Origin: Chitinophaga pinensis
Lineage (GTDB): Bacteria; Bacteroidota; Bacteroidia; NS11-12g; UBA955
DNA length: 60,916 bases
Reading direction: 5' to 3'
NCBI GenBank assembly: GCA_945860565.1
Contig: CAMAQS010000005.1
Coordinates: 1 to 60,916, forward strand
Shown here: positions 42,431 through 51,332 of the stretch, piece by piece
Layout: each line of letters begins with the position of its first letter
How positions within the stretch are numbered: position 1 is the first letter of the stretch
Notes under the pieces: generated by a model
Told to the model about the DNA's origin: nothing
What the model saw: the letters and a program-made list of their open reading frames with translations, nothing else
Database searches by the model: none
Position numbers and translations under genes: made by a program

Positions 42431-42622
42431 GCCGAGATTGCATACCTCTTAAATAATCGAACAGAATATATCTATTATAAACACTTCCAAAAAAAGCCAT
42501 TTAAAACCGGTGATTATCTAAATGAACTTATTCAGGTTGTGGCAGTCATGATAAAAATCGCAAACTCAACAAACTTTGATATACTTAAAAAGATGAATAG
42601 GAAAGCAGAGAAAATCGGTTAA
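42431..42622 (+). pseudogene. Possible relic of an AraC/XylS-type HTH C-terminus
   Basis: A frame open for 63 codons after an in-frame TGA (42428-42430). The translation AEIAYLLNNRTEYIYYKHFQKKPFKTGDYL... loosely follows the AraC second-HTH pattern (I.EIAY..GF.....YF.R.FKK..G..P.EY). There is no start codon upstream of an internal Met and no N-terminal domain. Confidence 0.25.
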
Positions 42623-42625
42623 TCC

Positions 42626-44521
42626 TCAAATTGATAACTCCAGCCACCTAATTTCCATTGCATCTATTTCAGTTTGCAATTCCTCTAATGATTTTGCCAT
42701 TTTCGACAACTCTTCAAAATTCAATGAAGAACCCGACATTTCTTGAATAATCTCATTTTTTAGTTTCAATTTTTGAGGCAATTCAGAATTAATCTTGTCT
42801 AGTTCAAACTTATCCTTAAAACTCATCTTTTGTTTCGATTCTTGCTGATCCACTTGATTCGAATGTTCAATATTTACTTTTACTATTGGTTCTTTTTTCG
42901 AAACTTCATTTAGCGATTCTTCAAGTGTTACCATTTCTCGATATTCTGTATAATTGCCTGGAAAGTCACGAATTATTCCATTACCCTCAAAGATAAAGCA
43001 ATGATCCACCACCTTATCCATGAAAAACCGGTCATGACTAACTACTATAACGCAACCATCATAACTATCTAAAAAATCCTCCAAAACCGTGAGAGTTTGA
43101 ATATCTAAATCATTTGTTGGTTCATCTAAAATTAGAAAGTTTGGAGCTGCCATTAATACAGTCATCAGATATAAACGTCTTTTTTCACCTCCACTTAACT
43201 TTGTAACAAAATCAAATTGTTTTTCATAACTAAACCCAAATTTTAACAACAGTTGTGAAGCCGTTAATCTTGCACCATCATCTAATGGAATCCAATCAGC
43301 AATTTCTCGAACGACATCTATAACTTTTTTTGAATCATCTACCTTTATACCTTTTTGAGAATAATAACCAAATTTAATGGTTTCACCTGTCACTATTTTA
43401 CCAGAATCTATATCCTCTAAACCAACAATTAAATTCATCATTGTAGATTTGCCGACTCCATTGATTCCAATTATTCCAACTTTTTCTTTGCGTTTAAAAA
43501 TGTAGGAAAAATTATCTAAAATAACTTTATCGCCATAATTTTTATTGACAGAGTGAAATTCTAGTATTTTTGTACCAAGCCTATCCATTCGCATATTCAT
43601 CTTTACTTCTAGGCTATTTCTATGACTTCGTATTTTATCTTCAAGATGATTAAATGATTCTACGCGACTTTTACTTTTCGTCCCCCTAGCTTTGGGCATT
43701 TTCCTTACCCATTCAAGTTCCCGACGATACGTATTTTTGTCTTTATTCAATTCGCTTAAGGTTGCCAATTCTCTCGCCGATTTACTTTCTATAAAGTACT
43801 GATAATTTCCCTTATAATGAAATAATTTTGCATCTTCAAGTTCAATAATCGAATCACACACTCTGTCAAGAAAATACCGGTCGTGTGTGACCAAAAATAA
43901 AGTTAAATCTTTTTGTGACAAATAAGATTCCAGCCATTCAATCATCTGCAGATCTAAATGATTCGTTGGCTCATCCAAGATTATAAAATCAGGTTGAGAA
44001 AGCAATACTTTGGCCAGAGCAACCCTTTTTCTTTGTCCTCCAGAAAGACTAGACGCCAATTGATGGTGATTCTCAATTTTTAATTGTGTGAGAACTTGTT
44101 TTACTTTTGCCTCAAAATCCCAAGCGTCCAACCTATTCATTTCTTCGATAACAGAATCCAATTGAGCCATTTGACTATCATACTCACTGCTATCGGTTGA
44201 CAATTGCATTATTTTTTCATAGCGAAATACCGCTCTTGAAATTTCAGAATCTTCTAGAATAATATTGTCTATTACTGATTGTTGGTCGTCTAATTCAGGT
44301 TCTTGTGCCAAATACCCAATTTTAAGTTCTTTCCGAAAAACTGATAAACCAGTATCGGGAGATTCTTTGCCGATAATAATCGACATAAGAGTACTTTTTC
44401 CTTGACCATTTCCGGCAACCAATGCAACCTTTTGTCCTTTTTGAATTCCAAAATTAACATTTAAAAAAACAGGTTTATCATGCCACGTTTTTGATAAATT
44501 TTCTACAGATAAATAATTCAT
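42626..44521 (-). CDS. ABC-F family ATPase (second paralog; Uup-like)
   Basis: 631 aa. Walker A GNGQGKST and GINGVGKST, signatures LSGGQRKR and LSGGEKRR, Walker B ILDEPTNHLD and ILDEPTNDLD, and a C-terminal coiled coil. Ends in TGA. Confidence 0.9.
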   Translation of the reverse strand: MNYLSVENLSKTWHDKPVFLNVNFGIQKGQKVALVAGNGQGKSTLMSIIIGKESPDTGLSVFRKELKIGYLAQEPELDDQQSVIDNIILEDSEISRAVFRYEKIMQLSTDSSEYDSQMAQLDSVIEEMNRLDAWDFEAKVKQVLTQLKIENHHQLASSLSGGQRKRVALAKVLLSQPDFIILDEPTNHLDLQMIEWLESYLSQKDLTLFLVTHDRYFLDRVCDSIIELEDAKLFHYKGNYQYFIESKSARELATLSELNKDKNTYRRELEWVRKMPKARGTKSKSRVESFNHLEDKIRSHRNSLEVKMNMRMDRLGTKILEFHSVNKNYGDKVILDNFSYIFKRKEKVGIIGINGVGKSTMMNLIVGLEDIDSGKIVTGETIKFGYYSQKGIKVDDSKKVIDVVREIADWIPLDDGARLTASQLLLKFGFSYEKQFDFVTKLSGGEKRRLYLMTVLMAAPNFLILDEPTNDLDIQTLTVLEDFLDSYDGCVIVVSHDRFFMDKVVDHCFIFEGNGIIRDFPGNYTEYREMVTLEESLNEVSKKEPIVKVNIEHSNQVDQQESKQKMSFKDKFELDKINSELPQKLKLKNEIIQEMSGSSLNFEELSKMAKSLEELQTEIDAMEIRWLELSI

Positions 44522-44591
44522 TTAATCTATGCAAAGGTAGGTTCGAACCAACAAATACCTTTGTTTCTAAGAATTTTACTCACAAACAAAA

Positions 44592-46226
44592 TTATACCTG
44601 TAAAATTCCGGGATGAAATTTTTCAATTTTACCTTGATTGGCTGCCTCAATACCCATTGAAATCCATTTTCGCGTATCTAAAGGATTTATAATTGCATCT
44701 ACCCAAAGTCTAGAAGCGGCAAAATATGGAGTAGTACCATTATCATATCGTTGGGTAATTTTATTTAATAACTCCTTTTCAGCCTCTTCAGTGATGGTCT
44801 CACCTTTTGATTTTAAAGAGGCAGATTCTATCTGAAGTAAAGTTTTTGCCGCTTGCCCACCACCCATAACAGCAATTTTTGCCGATGGCCAAGCAACAAT
44901 TAATCGAGGATCATAAGCTTTTCCGCACATAGCGTAATTACCAGCTCCGTAAGAATTACCAATAACGATAGTAAACTTAGGAACGACTGAATTGGCCATA
45001 GCCATAACCATTTTTGCACCGTCCTTAATAATACCCCCGTGTTCACTTTTACTACCTACCATAAATCCAGTAACATCTTGTAAAAACACCAAAGGAATTT
45101 TCTTCTGATTACAATTCATAATAAATCTGGCGGATTTATCCGCACTATCTGAATAAATCACCCCACCAAACTGCATTTCTCCTTTGCTATTTTTAACAAT
45201 TTCCCTATTATTAGCTACAATACCCACAGCCCAACCATCAATTCTAGCATATCCACATAAAATAGTTTTCCCATAATCTTGCTTGTATTGCTCGAATTCA
45301 CTGTTATCAACAATACGTTCGATGATTTCTATGGTTTGATAAGGTTTAGAGCGGTCAGATGGAAGAATACCAAATATATCAGACTCGGTTTTAATTGGTT
45401 TCTTAGATTTAACTCTATCAAAACCCACTAAATCAGCAGAACCTAATTTATCCATAATAAATTTAATTCTCTCCAAACAACTTTGATCACTAGGAAATTT
45501 ATCATCGATTACACCAGAAATTTCAGTCTGTGTAATTGCTCCACCTAAAGTTTCGTTATCAATAGTTTCGCCGATTGCTGCCTTTACAAGATAACTACCT
45601 GCTAAAAATATACTGCCATTGCCTTCAACAATCAATGCTTCATCAGACATAATAGGCAAGTATGCACCTCCAGCCACACAACTTCCCATTACTGCCGAAA
45701 TTTGAGTAATTCCCATGCTACTCATTTTTGCATTGTTTCTGAACATTCTCCCAAAATGTTCCTTATCTGCAAAAATTTCGTCTTGCATTGGTAAAAACAC
45801 CCCAGCACTATCTACTAAGTATATTATGGGTAAATGATTTTCCATGGCTATTTCTTGGGCTCTTAAATTCTTCTTCCCGGTTATAGGAAACCAAGCACCA
45901 GCTTTAACTGTTGCATCATTGGCTACAATAATACACTGCCTACCTGAAACGTAAGCAATACCAACAATTACACCGCCAGCCGCACAACCCCCATATTCAG
46001 GATACATATCCCAACCAGCAAATTCGCCAATTTCAATCCATTCTGTGTCCTTATCTCTTAGAAAATCAATTCGTTCTCTAGCTAAAAGCTTACCCTTTTC
46101 TTTTTGTTTACTTGCAGCCTTTTCTCCACCACCGCCATGAATTTTCTGTAATTTAGATTTAACAGAATCCCATAATTGCTTGTTATTATCCTCATTAAAA
46201 TTGAATTGTAGATCTTGATTTGACAT
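44592..46226 (-). CDS. Acyl-CoA carboxylase carboxyltransferase (beta) subunit, methylcrotonyl/propionyl-CoA carboxylase type
   Basis: 544 aa. N-terminal GGGEKAASKQKEKGKLLARERIDFL and two crotonase-like carboxyltransferase halves (GGAYLP..., GNSYGAGNYAM). Confidence 0.85.
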   Translation of the reverse strand: MSNQDLQFNFNEDNNKQLWDSVKSKLQKIHGGGGEKAASKQKEKGKLLARERIDFLRDKDTEWIEIGEFAGWDMYPEYGGCAAGGVIVGIAYVSGRQCIIVANDATVKAGAWFPITGKKNLRAQEIAMENHLPIIYLVDSAGVFLPMQDEIFADKEHFGRMFRNNAKMSSMGITQISAVMGSCVAGGAYLPIMSDEALIVEGNGSIFLAGSYLVKAAIGETIDNETLGGAITQTEISGVIDDKFPSDQSCLERIKFIMDKLGSADLVGFDRVKSKKPIKTESDIFGILPSDRSKPYQTIEIIERIVDNSEFEQYKQDYGKTILCGYARIDGWAVGIVANNREIVKNSKGEMQFGGVIYSDSADKSARFIMNCNQKKIPLVFLQDVTGFMVGSKSEHGGIIKDGAKMVMAMANSVVPKFTIVIGNSYGAGNYAMCGKAYDPRLIVAWPSAKIAVMGGGQAAKTLLQIESASLKSKGETITEEAEKELLNKITQRYDNGTTPYFAASRLWVDAIINPLDTRKWISMGIEAANQGKIEKFHPGILQV

Positions 46227-46344
46227 TTTTCCAAAATTAAGGTAATTTTTGTTTTCTTTTTTTCAAAATTTCCAAGTTCAAATTTGTGTTTTTAAATAAT
46301 CATTGACTATATTGCGTGCAAATCTCAACACATTTGGGTAAGAC

Positions 46345-46375
46345 TTGTTTTTTCCACAAGTTATCCCTATCTTTG
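46345..46375 (+). promoter_or_regulatory. Bacteroidota-type promoter of the DEAD-box helicase gene
   Basis: TTG at about 46345-46347 and a perfect TAtcTTTG at about 46368-46375 (20-nt spacer). This implies a 5' UTR of about 100 nt containing an AAACGC...GCGTTT hairpin. Confidence 0.5.
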
Positions 46376-46482
46376 TGCCGCAATTCTTTACGAGTGGGAA
46401 CTAACTAGTAGTTCGAGTCAAAAACATGATTCAAACGCCTCATTTCTATCTCTGAAGCGTTTGCCACATTAGGAAATTATAC

Positions 46483-47841
46483 ATGCAATCATTTAAAGAC
46501 TTGGGACTACTGCCCCAATTGTTAACTACTGTTGAGAAACAGGGTTACATTCAACCTACGCCGATTCAACAAGCGGCCATTCCAACTATTTTGTCTGGAA
46601 AAGACTTATTCGCAACTGCACCAACAGGTACAGGTAAAACCGCGGCATTCGCAATGCCAATTATTCAACAAATAATTGAAAATCCTCAGAAAGAAATTCA
46701 CTCATTGGTTTTAGCACCAACCCGTGAATTAGCTCACCAAATCGCAGACAATTTTCAAAAATACTCTGCAGGTACCTCTCTAAAAATCACTTTAATTTAT
46801 GGTGGTGTATCTCAACATCGACAAGTAGACAATCTTAAAAGAGGATGTCAAATTGTTATTGCAACCCCAGGAAGGTTGTTAGATTTAATGAACCAAGGCT
46901 ATGTTAAATTACACAAGGTAAATACTTTTGTATTGGATGAGTGTGATAGAATGTTAGATATGGGATTCATAGATGATATTAGAAAAATAGGTGAACAATT
47001 AGAAAACACTAAAAAACAAACTCTTTTATTTTCTGCTACGGCTTCAAAAGAAATCAGATTATTATCAAGTGAATTATTAAACGATCCTGAAAAAATCGAT
47101 ATCATTCCAACCGCAGAACAAAAACCAAAAATTAGCCAATGGTTGTTTTCTGTGGCACAAAGAGACAAAGAAAATTTATTATGTCAATTATTAGAAGATA
47201 CTGATATCGACGCCATTTTAGTATTTACCAAAACAAAAATGGGTGCTGATAGATTAGTAGAAAGTCTACAAGATAAACATGAATCTGCGGTAGCAATTCA
47301 TGGCGATAAAAGTCAAAGAGAAAGAAGTAGAAATCTTGACTTGTTTAGAAACGGACGTGCTAGAATTTTAGTTGCCACAGACGTTGCAGCAAGAGGAGTA
47401 GACATTCCAACACTAAACTATGTAGTAAACTTTGACATGCCTGAAGATGCTGAAACCTATACACACAGAATAGGACGAACTGGTAGGGCTGGTGCTGAAG
47501 GTTTAGCTATGTCTTTCTGTGGTGCTGGTGAAGTTAACTTACTTCATAACATTTATAAAGAATTTGGGCAAGATTCACTTATTGAAATGGATCACGATTT
47601 CAGAATTGAACTTCCTGAGAGAAGATCAGGTGGTGGAAATAGTCGTCGTTCATTCAGCAGCCGAAAATCTGGCTCTAATAATTCTTCTGCCCATAAAGGT
47701 AGCTATAGTGGACCAGGAAATGCAAATGATAAATCTAGCTATAGAGGATCAGGTTCTTCGAGCTCGTCTAGCAGAGATCGTGGTTCTGACAGTCGCGATC
47801 GATCTAAAGCCTATGGATCATCATCTAGAAAAAGATATTAA
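46483..47841 (+). CDS. DEAD-box ATP-dependent RNA helicase with Ser/Arg/Gly/Asp-rich C-terminal tail
   Basis: Q motif GYIQPTPIQ, motif I APTGTGKT, motif II reads DECD (VLDECDRM), SAT, and motif VI HRIGRTGRAG. The last roughly 70 aa are a low-complexity RRSGGGNSRRSFSSRKSGS...SRDRGSDSRDRS tail. Confidence 0.9.
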   Translation: MQSFKDLGLLPQLLTTVEKQGYIQPTPIQQAAIPTILSGKDLFATAPTGTGKTAAFAMPIIQQIIENPQKEIHSLVLAPTRELAHQIADNFQKYSAGTSLKITLIYGGVSQHRQVDNLKRGCQIVIATPGRLLDLMNQGYVKLHKVNTFVLDECDRMLDMGFIDDIRKIGEQLENTKKQTLLFSATASKEIRLLSSELLNDPEKIDIIPTAEQKPKISQWLFSVAQRDKENLLCQLLEDTDIDAILVFTKTKMGADRLVESLQDKHESAVAIHGDKSQRERSRNLDLFRNGRARILVATDVAARGVDIPTLNYVVNFDMPEDAETYTHRIGRTGRAGAEGLAMSFCGAGEVNLLHNIYKEFGQDSLIEMDHDFRIELPERRSGGGNSRRSFSSRKSGSNNSSAHKGSYSGPGNANDKSSYRGSGSSSSSSRDRGSDSRDRSKAYGSSSRKRY

Positions 47842-47856
47842 ATCCATATATAAAAC

Positions 47857-47887
47857 AAAAAAAACCCTTGAAATCAAGGGTTTTTTT
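47857..47887. terminator. Bidirectional intrinsic terminator between the helicase gene and nth
   Basis: AAAAAAAA-CCCTTG-aaat-CAAGGG-TTTTTTT. The A-run and T-run flanks allow termination in both directions between the convergent genes. Confidence 0.85.
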
Positions 47888-47890
47888 GTT

Positions 47891-48508
47891 TTATATCTTA
47901 CTACATATTGGGCAATTTGAAATAATATGACCTCTAGCTGGACAATATTCTCTTCCGAAAAAAATAATCTGCAAATGCAATTTATTCCAAATTTTTTCGG
48001 GAAAAATTCTTTTTAAATCTTTTTCAGTTTGAACAACATTTTTTCCTTCCGTTAAGCCCCATCTAGTTGCCAACCTATGAATATGTGTATCAACAGGAAA
48101 CGCAGGCACCCCAAACGCTTGACTCATAACAACACTTGCTGTTTTATGACCTACACCGGGTAATAACTCCAATTCTTCAAAGGTTCTAGGAACCTTTCCT
48201 TGATGTTTCTCTAGTAAAATTTTACTTAGGTCAAAAATGGATTTACTTTTAAACGGTGATAAACCACATGGCCTGATTATTTCTTTTATTTCCTCAACTG
48301 TTAATTCCACCATTTTTGTTGGAGTATCTGCCTTCGAAAACAATGTAGGCGTAATTTTATTTACTCTCACATCCGTACATTGAGCACTAAGCAAGACTGC
48401 AATTAGTAAAGTATAATCATCCTTATGTTCTAATGGAACCGGCGTCTCTGGATACAGAAATTCCAATGTATTTATAATAAACTCAATCTTTTCTTTTTTT
48501 CTCATCAA
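47891..48508 (-). CDS. nth: Endonuclease III (HhH-GPD DNA glycosylase/lyase)
   Basis: HhH motif LPGVGHKTASVV with the catalytic Lys, and VDTHIHR with the catalytic Asp. The C-terminus has only three Cys plus one His (CPARGHIISNCPIC). Confidence 0.9.
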   Translation of the reverse strand: MMRKKEKIEFIINTLEFLYPETPVPLEHKDDYTLLIAVLLSAQCTDVRVNKITPTLFSKADTPTKMVELTVEEIKEIIRPCGLSPFKSKSIFDLSKILLEKHQGKVPRTFEELELLPGVGHKTASVVMSQAFGVPAFPVDTHIHRLATRWGLTEGKNVVQTEKDLKRIFPEKIWNKLHLQIIFFGREYCPARGHIISNCPICSKI

Positions 48509-49455
48509 AAAAGCTGAATATAATGATCAAACGATAGGGTATTAAATACATTTTTTACATTAATCATATTAAATTCCATACCCAATAAATTTTGACACTC
48601 TTGTTCAAATGACTTTTGTCTGTTGAAATCATGAATTTCGATGTTTTGAACTATTCCCTTTTCTATTGTCATATCTAAATTCAACAATGTATTTCCCCAT
48701 TCTAGTTGGCGCGTATGATTATAGTTCGGACTGTAACCTAAGACCCATGAATTTAGTGCAAACTTTTGATTCTTTATTAAATCAATATCTATTACATGCT
48801 TTTCCTCCAAAGCAATCACAGGAATATTGAAGTGCTTTTCAATTTCATTTAAGAATTTCTGCAAAAAAATATCTACCGAACCAAAATCTATCCAATTTCG
48901 GATATTGGTAACTTCACTGCGAACGCTTTTAATTGCCTTTCCTATATAATTCCCCTGACTACGCAATGCATTACCTAAACTAGGTAAGTCAGAATCGTAT
49001 AATAACGTACCATGATGTAGAATCCTCATACCCTTCTGAAATATATGTTGAGCATTGCCACTAACTTTATAATTATTTAGCAATAAATCATCCCTTAAAC
49101 TATATTCCGTTTTTATGCCCATTGCCAATAGTATATCGCGAACTGGATTTAGAAATTGTTTATAATTTACTGCTTTCTCAAGACCTTCGTTCAAATTTTT
49201 AATAAATGTAAAATTGATATTCCCTAAATCATGATAAACAGCACCTCCGCCCGATAATCGTCTACAAACCGATATATCATTTACAATACAATGTGCAAAA
49301 TTCACTTCGGCACAAACATTTTGATGTTTCCCGCAAACAACGGCTTTGTTACTACGCCAAATAAACAACACATCATCTTTTAAATGATGCAAAAAAAATG
49401 CCTCAGCGGCCAAATTAAAATAAGCATCAGTGTTTTCTGAGTAATAAACTATCAT
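48505..49455 (-). CDS. lplA: Lipoate-protein ligase A
   Basis: 316 aa. RRLSGGGAVYHDLGNINF and KVSGNAQ (lipoyl-AMP-binding Lys) motifs. Overlaps nth by 4 nt. Confidence 0.85.
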   Translation of the reverse strand: MIVYYSENTDAYFNLAAEAFFLHHLKDDVLFIWRSNKAVVCGKHQNVCAEVNFAHCIVNDISVCRRLSGGGAVYHDLGNINFTFIKNLNEGLEKAVNYKQFLNPVRDILLAMGIKTEYSLRDDLLLNNYKVSGNAQHIFQKGMRILHHGTLLYDSDLPSLGNALRSQGNYIGKAIKSVRSEVTNIRNWIDFGSVDIFLQKFLNEIEKHFNIPVIALEEKHVIDIDLIKNQKFALNSWVLGYSPNYNHTRQLEWGNTLLNLDMTIEKGIVQNIEIHDFNRQKSFEQECQNLLGMEFNMINVKNVFNTLSFDHYIQLF

Positions 49456-49470
49456 TTAACAAACAGAATA

Positions 49471-50208
49471 TTATTTAATTACTTTTCTTCGAAGTTCAAA
49501 ATTTTGACCTAAATAAACTTTTCTAACCAATTCATCAGCGGCCAATTCTTCGGCAGTCCCTTGCTTCAACAATTTACCTTCGAACAACAAATATGCCCGG
49601 TCCGTAATACTAAGTGTTTCTTGAACATTATGATCAGTAATCAAAATTCCTATATTTTTACTCTTTAATTTAGCCACAATACTTTGGATATCCTCAACAG
49701 CAATTGGATCTACACCAGCAAAAGGCTCATCTAAAAGAATAAAACTAGGATTTGTAGCCAATGCTCTTGCTATCTCTGTTCTACGACGCTCACCACCACT
49801 TAAAACTTTTCCCAGATTCTTTCTAACTTTCACTAAGCCAAACTCATCAAGTAAACTTTCTAACTTTTCCTTTTGTTCCGAAGAAGTTAAATTGGTAATT
49901 TCAAGAATTGCTTTAATATTATCTTCTACACTCAATTCTCTGAAAACCGATGCTTCTTGCGGGAGGTAACCTATTCCACTGCGAGCCCGTTTGTACATGG
50001 GTAAATTTGTCAAATCTTGGTTATCTAAAAATATTTTCCCCTGATCCGGTTTAACCAAACCTACAAACATATAAAAAGTTGTTGTCTTCCCGGCTCCATT
50101 AGGACCAAGTAAACCAACAATTTCACCTTGATTTACTTCAACTGAAACATCGTTCACTACTTTTTTAGATCCGTATTGTTTTATTAAATTTTGAGAACGA
50201 AGACGCAT
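49471..50208 (-). CDS. lptB: LPS export ABC transporter ATP-binding protein
   Basis: 245 aa. Walker [10 protein letters not shown], signature [15 protein letters not shown], Walker [12 protein letters not shown]. LptB-typical length and C-terminus. Confidence 0.9.
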   Translation of the reverse strand: MRLRSQNLIKQYGSKKVVNDVSVEVNQGEIVGLLGPNGAGKTTTFYMFVGLVKPDQGKIFLDNQDLTNLPMYKRARSGIGYLPQEASVFRELSVEDNIKAILEITNLTSSEQKEKLESLLDEFGLVKVRKNLGKVLSGGERRRTEIARALATNPSFILLDEPFAGVDPIAVEDIQSIVAKLKSKNIGILITDHNVQETLSITDRAYLLFEGKLLKQGTAEELAADELVRKVYLGQNFELRRKVIK

Positions 50209-50244
50209 TACACAAATATAATTAACTTATTTTAACAAATTGAC

Positions 50245-50276
50245 TTGAGTGATACCCATTATTATTAGTATATTTG
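50245..50276 (+). promoter_or_regulatory. Bacteroidota-type promoter of the SRP RNA gene
   Basis: TTG at about 50245-50247 and a perfect TAtaTTTG at about 50269-50276 (21-nt spacer), 5-7 nt upstream of the RNA 5' end. Confidence 0.6.
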
Positions 50277-50280
50277 CAGC

Positions 50281-50368
50281 AGGGCGGTACGGCCAGCTCC
50301 TTGTGAATTCCCCCAGATCTGGAAGGAAGCAAGGGTAGCAGGTTGTAGCGGCGCGATACCGCCTTTTT
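50281..50368 (+). ncRNA. ffs: Signal recognition particle RNA (small 4.5S-type)
   Basis: Contains the conserved helix-8 core CAGATCTGGAAGGAAGCAAGGGTAGC (compare the consensus ..GGUCCGGAAGGAAGCAGCC..). The terminal helix GGGCGGTA...TACCGCCT closes the molecule and is followed by TTTTT. Confidence 0.85.
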
Positions 50369-51332
50369 ATTTTATCCACTCCCTTACTAAATCAGCAATT
50401 TTAATATTTTCTGCTTCGGCTTTGAAATTTAAAATAACACGGTGAGCTAGCACCCATAATGCAACTTTTTGAACATCTTCAACATCAACAGAAAATTTTC
50501 CATTCATTAAAGCATTGCATTTAGCCCCTAATATTAGGTTTTGACCTGCTCTTGGACCTGCTCCATAAGAAATGAATTTATTTGCCAACTCATGCGAATT
50601 TTCAGCGTTTGGCCGAGTTTGTTGAACCAAGTTAACTGTATATTTAAATACAGCATCTGTAACTGGAATTTTTCGAATAATTTCTTGGTATTTTTCAATC
50701 TCCGGCCCATTAATAATTTTGTTAACAACTACAGAACCAAAATTTGTTGTTTGTTTAAGAATCAACATCTCATCACTAAAACTTGGATATTCCAAATTTA
50801 CTTGATACATAAATCTATCCAACTGTGCTTCAGGTAAGGGATATGTACCTTCTTGTTCAATAGGATTTTGAGTTGCCAATACAAAAAAAGGATATGGCAG
50901 TTTATATTTTATGCCATTTGCAGTAATTTGTCTTTCTTGCATTGATTCTAAAAGTGCACTCTGTGTTTTAGGTGGAGTCCTATTTATCTCATCCGCTAAA
51001 ATCAAATTCGAGAATAGAGGTCCTTTTATAAATTTAAACTTGCGGTCTTCGTCTAAGATTTCAGATCCAACAATATCACTTGGCATTAAATCTGGTGTAA
51101 ATTGAATTCTATTAAAATCTAAATCCATTACCTCGGATATAGTCTTAACCAATAATGTTTTAGCCAAACCGGGAACACCAACCATTAACACGTGCCCATG
51201 ACAGAATATTGAGTTTAAAATAGCCAATATTACTTCATCTTGCCCAACAATAACTTTACCAATTTCAAGTTTTAGTTGGTTAACCAAAGTTTCAAACTTT
51301 TCCGCTAAAATTACTGATTCACTGTCATTCAT
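50367..51332 (-). CDS. MoxR-like AAA+ ATPase
   Basis: 321 aa. Walker A GVPGLAKT and Walker B ILADEINR. Typical MoxR length and a C-terminal lid with VLAHRV. Confidence 0.9.
   Translation of the reverse strand: MNDSESVILAEKFETLVNQLKLEIGKVIVGQDEVILAILNSIFCHGHVLMVGVPGLAKTLLVKTISEVMDLDFNRIQFTPDLMPSDIVGSEILDEDRKFKFIKGPLFSNLILADEINRTPPKTQSALLESMQERQITANGIKYKLPYPFFVLATQNPIEQEGTYPLPEAQLDRFMYQVNLEYPSFSDEMLILKQTTNFGSVVVNKIINGPEIEKYQEIIRKIPVTDAVFKYTVNLVQQTRPNAENSHELANKFISYGAGPRAGQNLILGAKCNALMNGKFSVDVEDVQKVALWVLAHRVILNFKAEAENIKIADLVREWIK

Noticed and set aside
44540-44549. GGTTCGAACC, which resembles a tRNA T-arm (GGTTCGAATCC).
   Set aside because: The flanking sequence cannot form an acceptor stem, D-arm or anticodon arm. 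It is the loop of a simple hairpin. I found no tRNA genes anywhere in the window.
47519-47920. A 133-aa alternative-frame ORF overlapping the helicase 3' end and the terminator.
   Set aside because: It runs through the low-complexity repeat DNA of the helicase tail and across a strong bidirectional terminator. There is no independent signal, so it is most likely a frame artefact.
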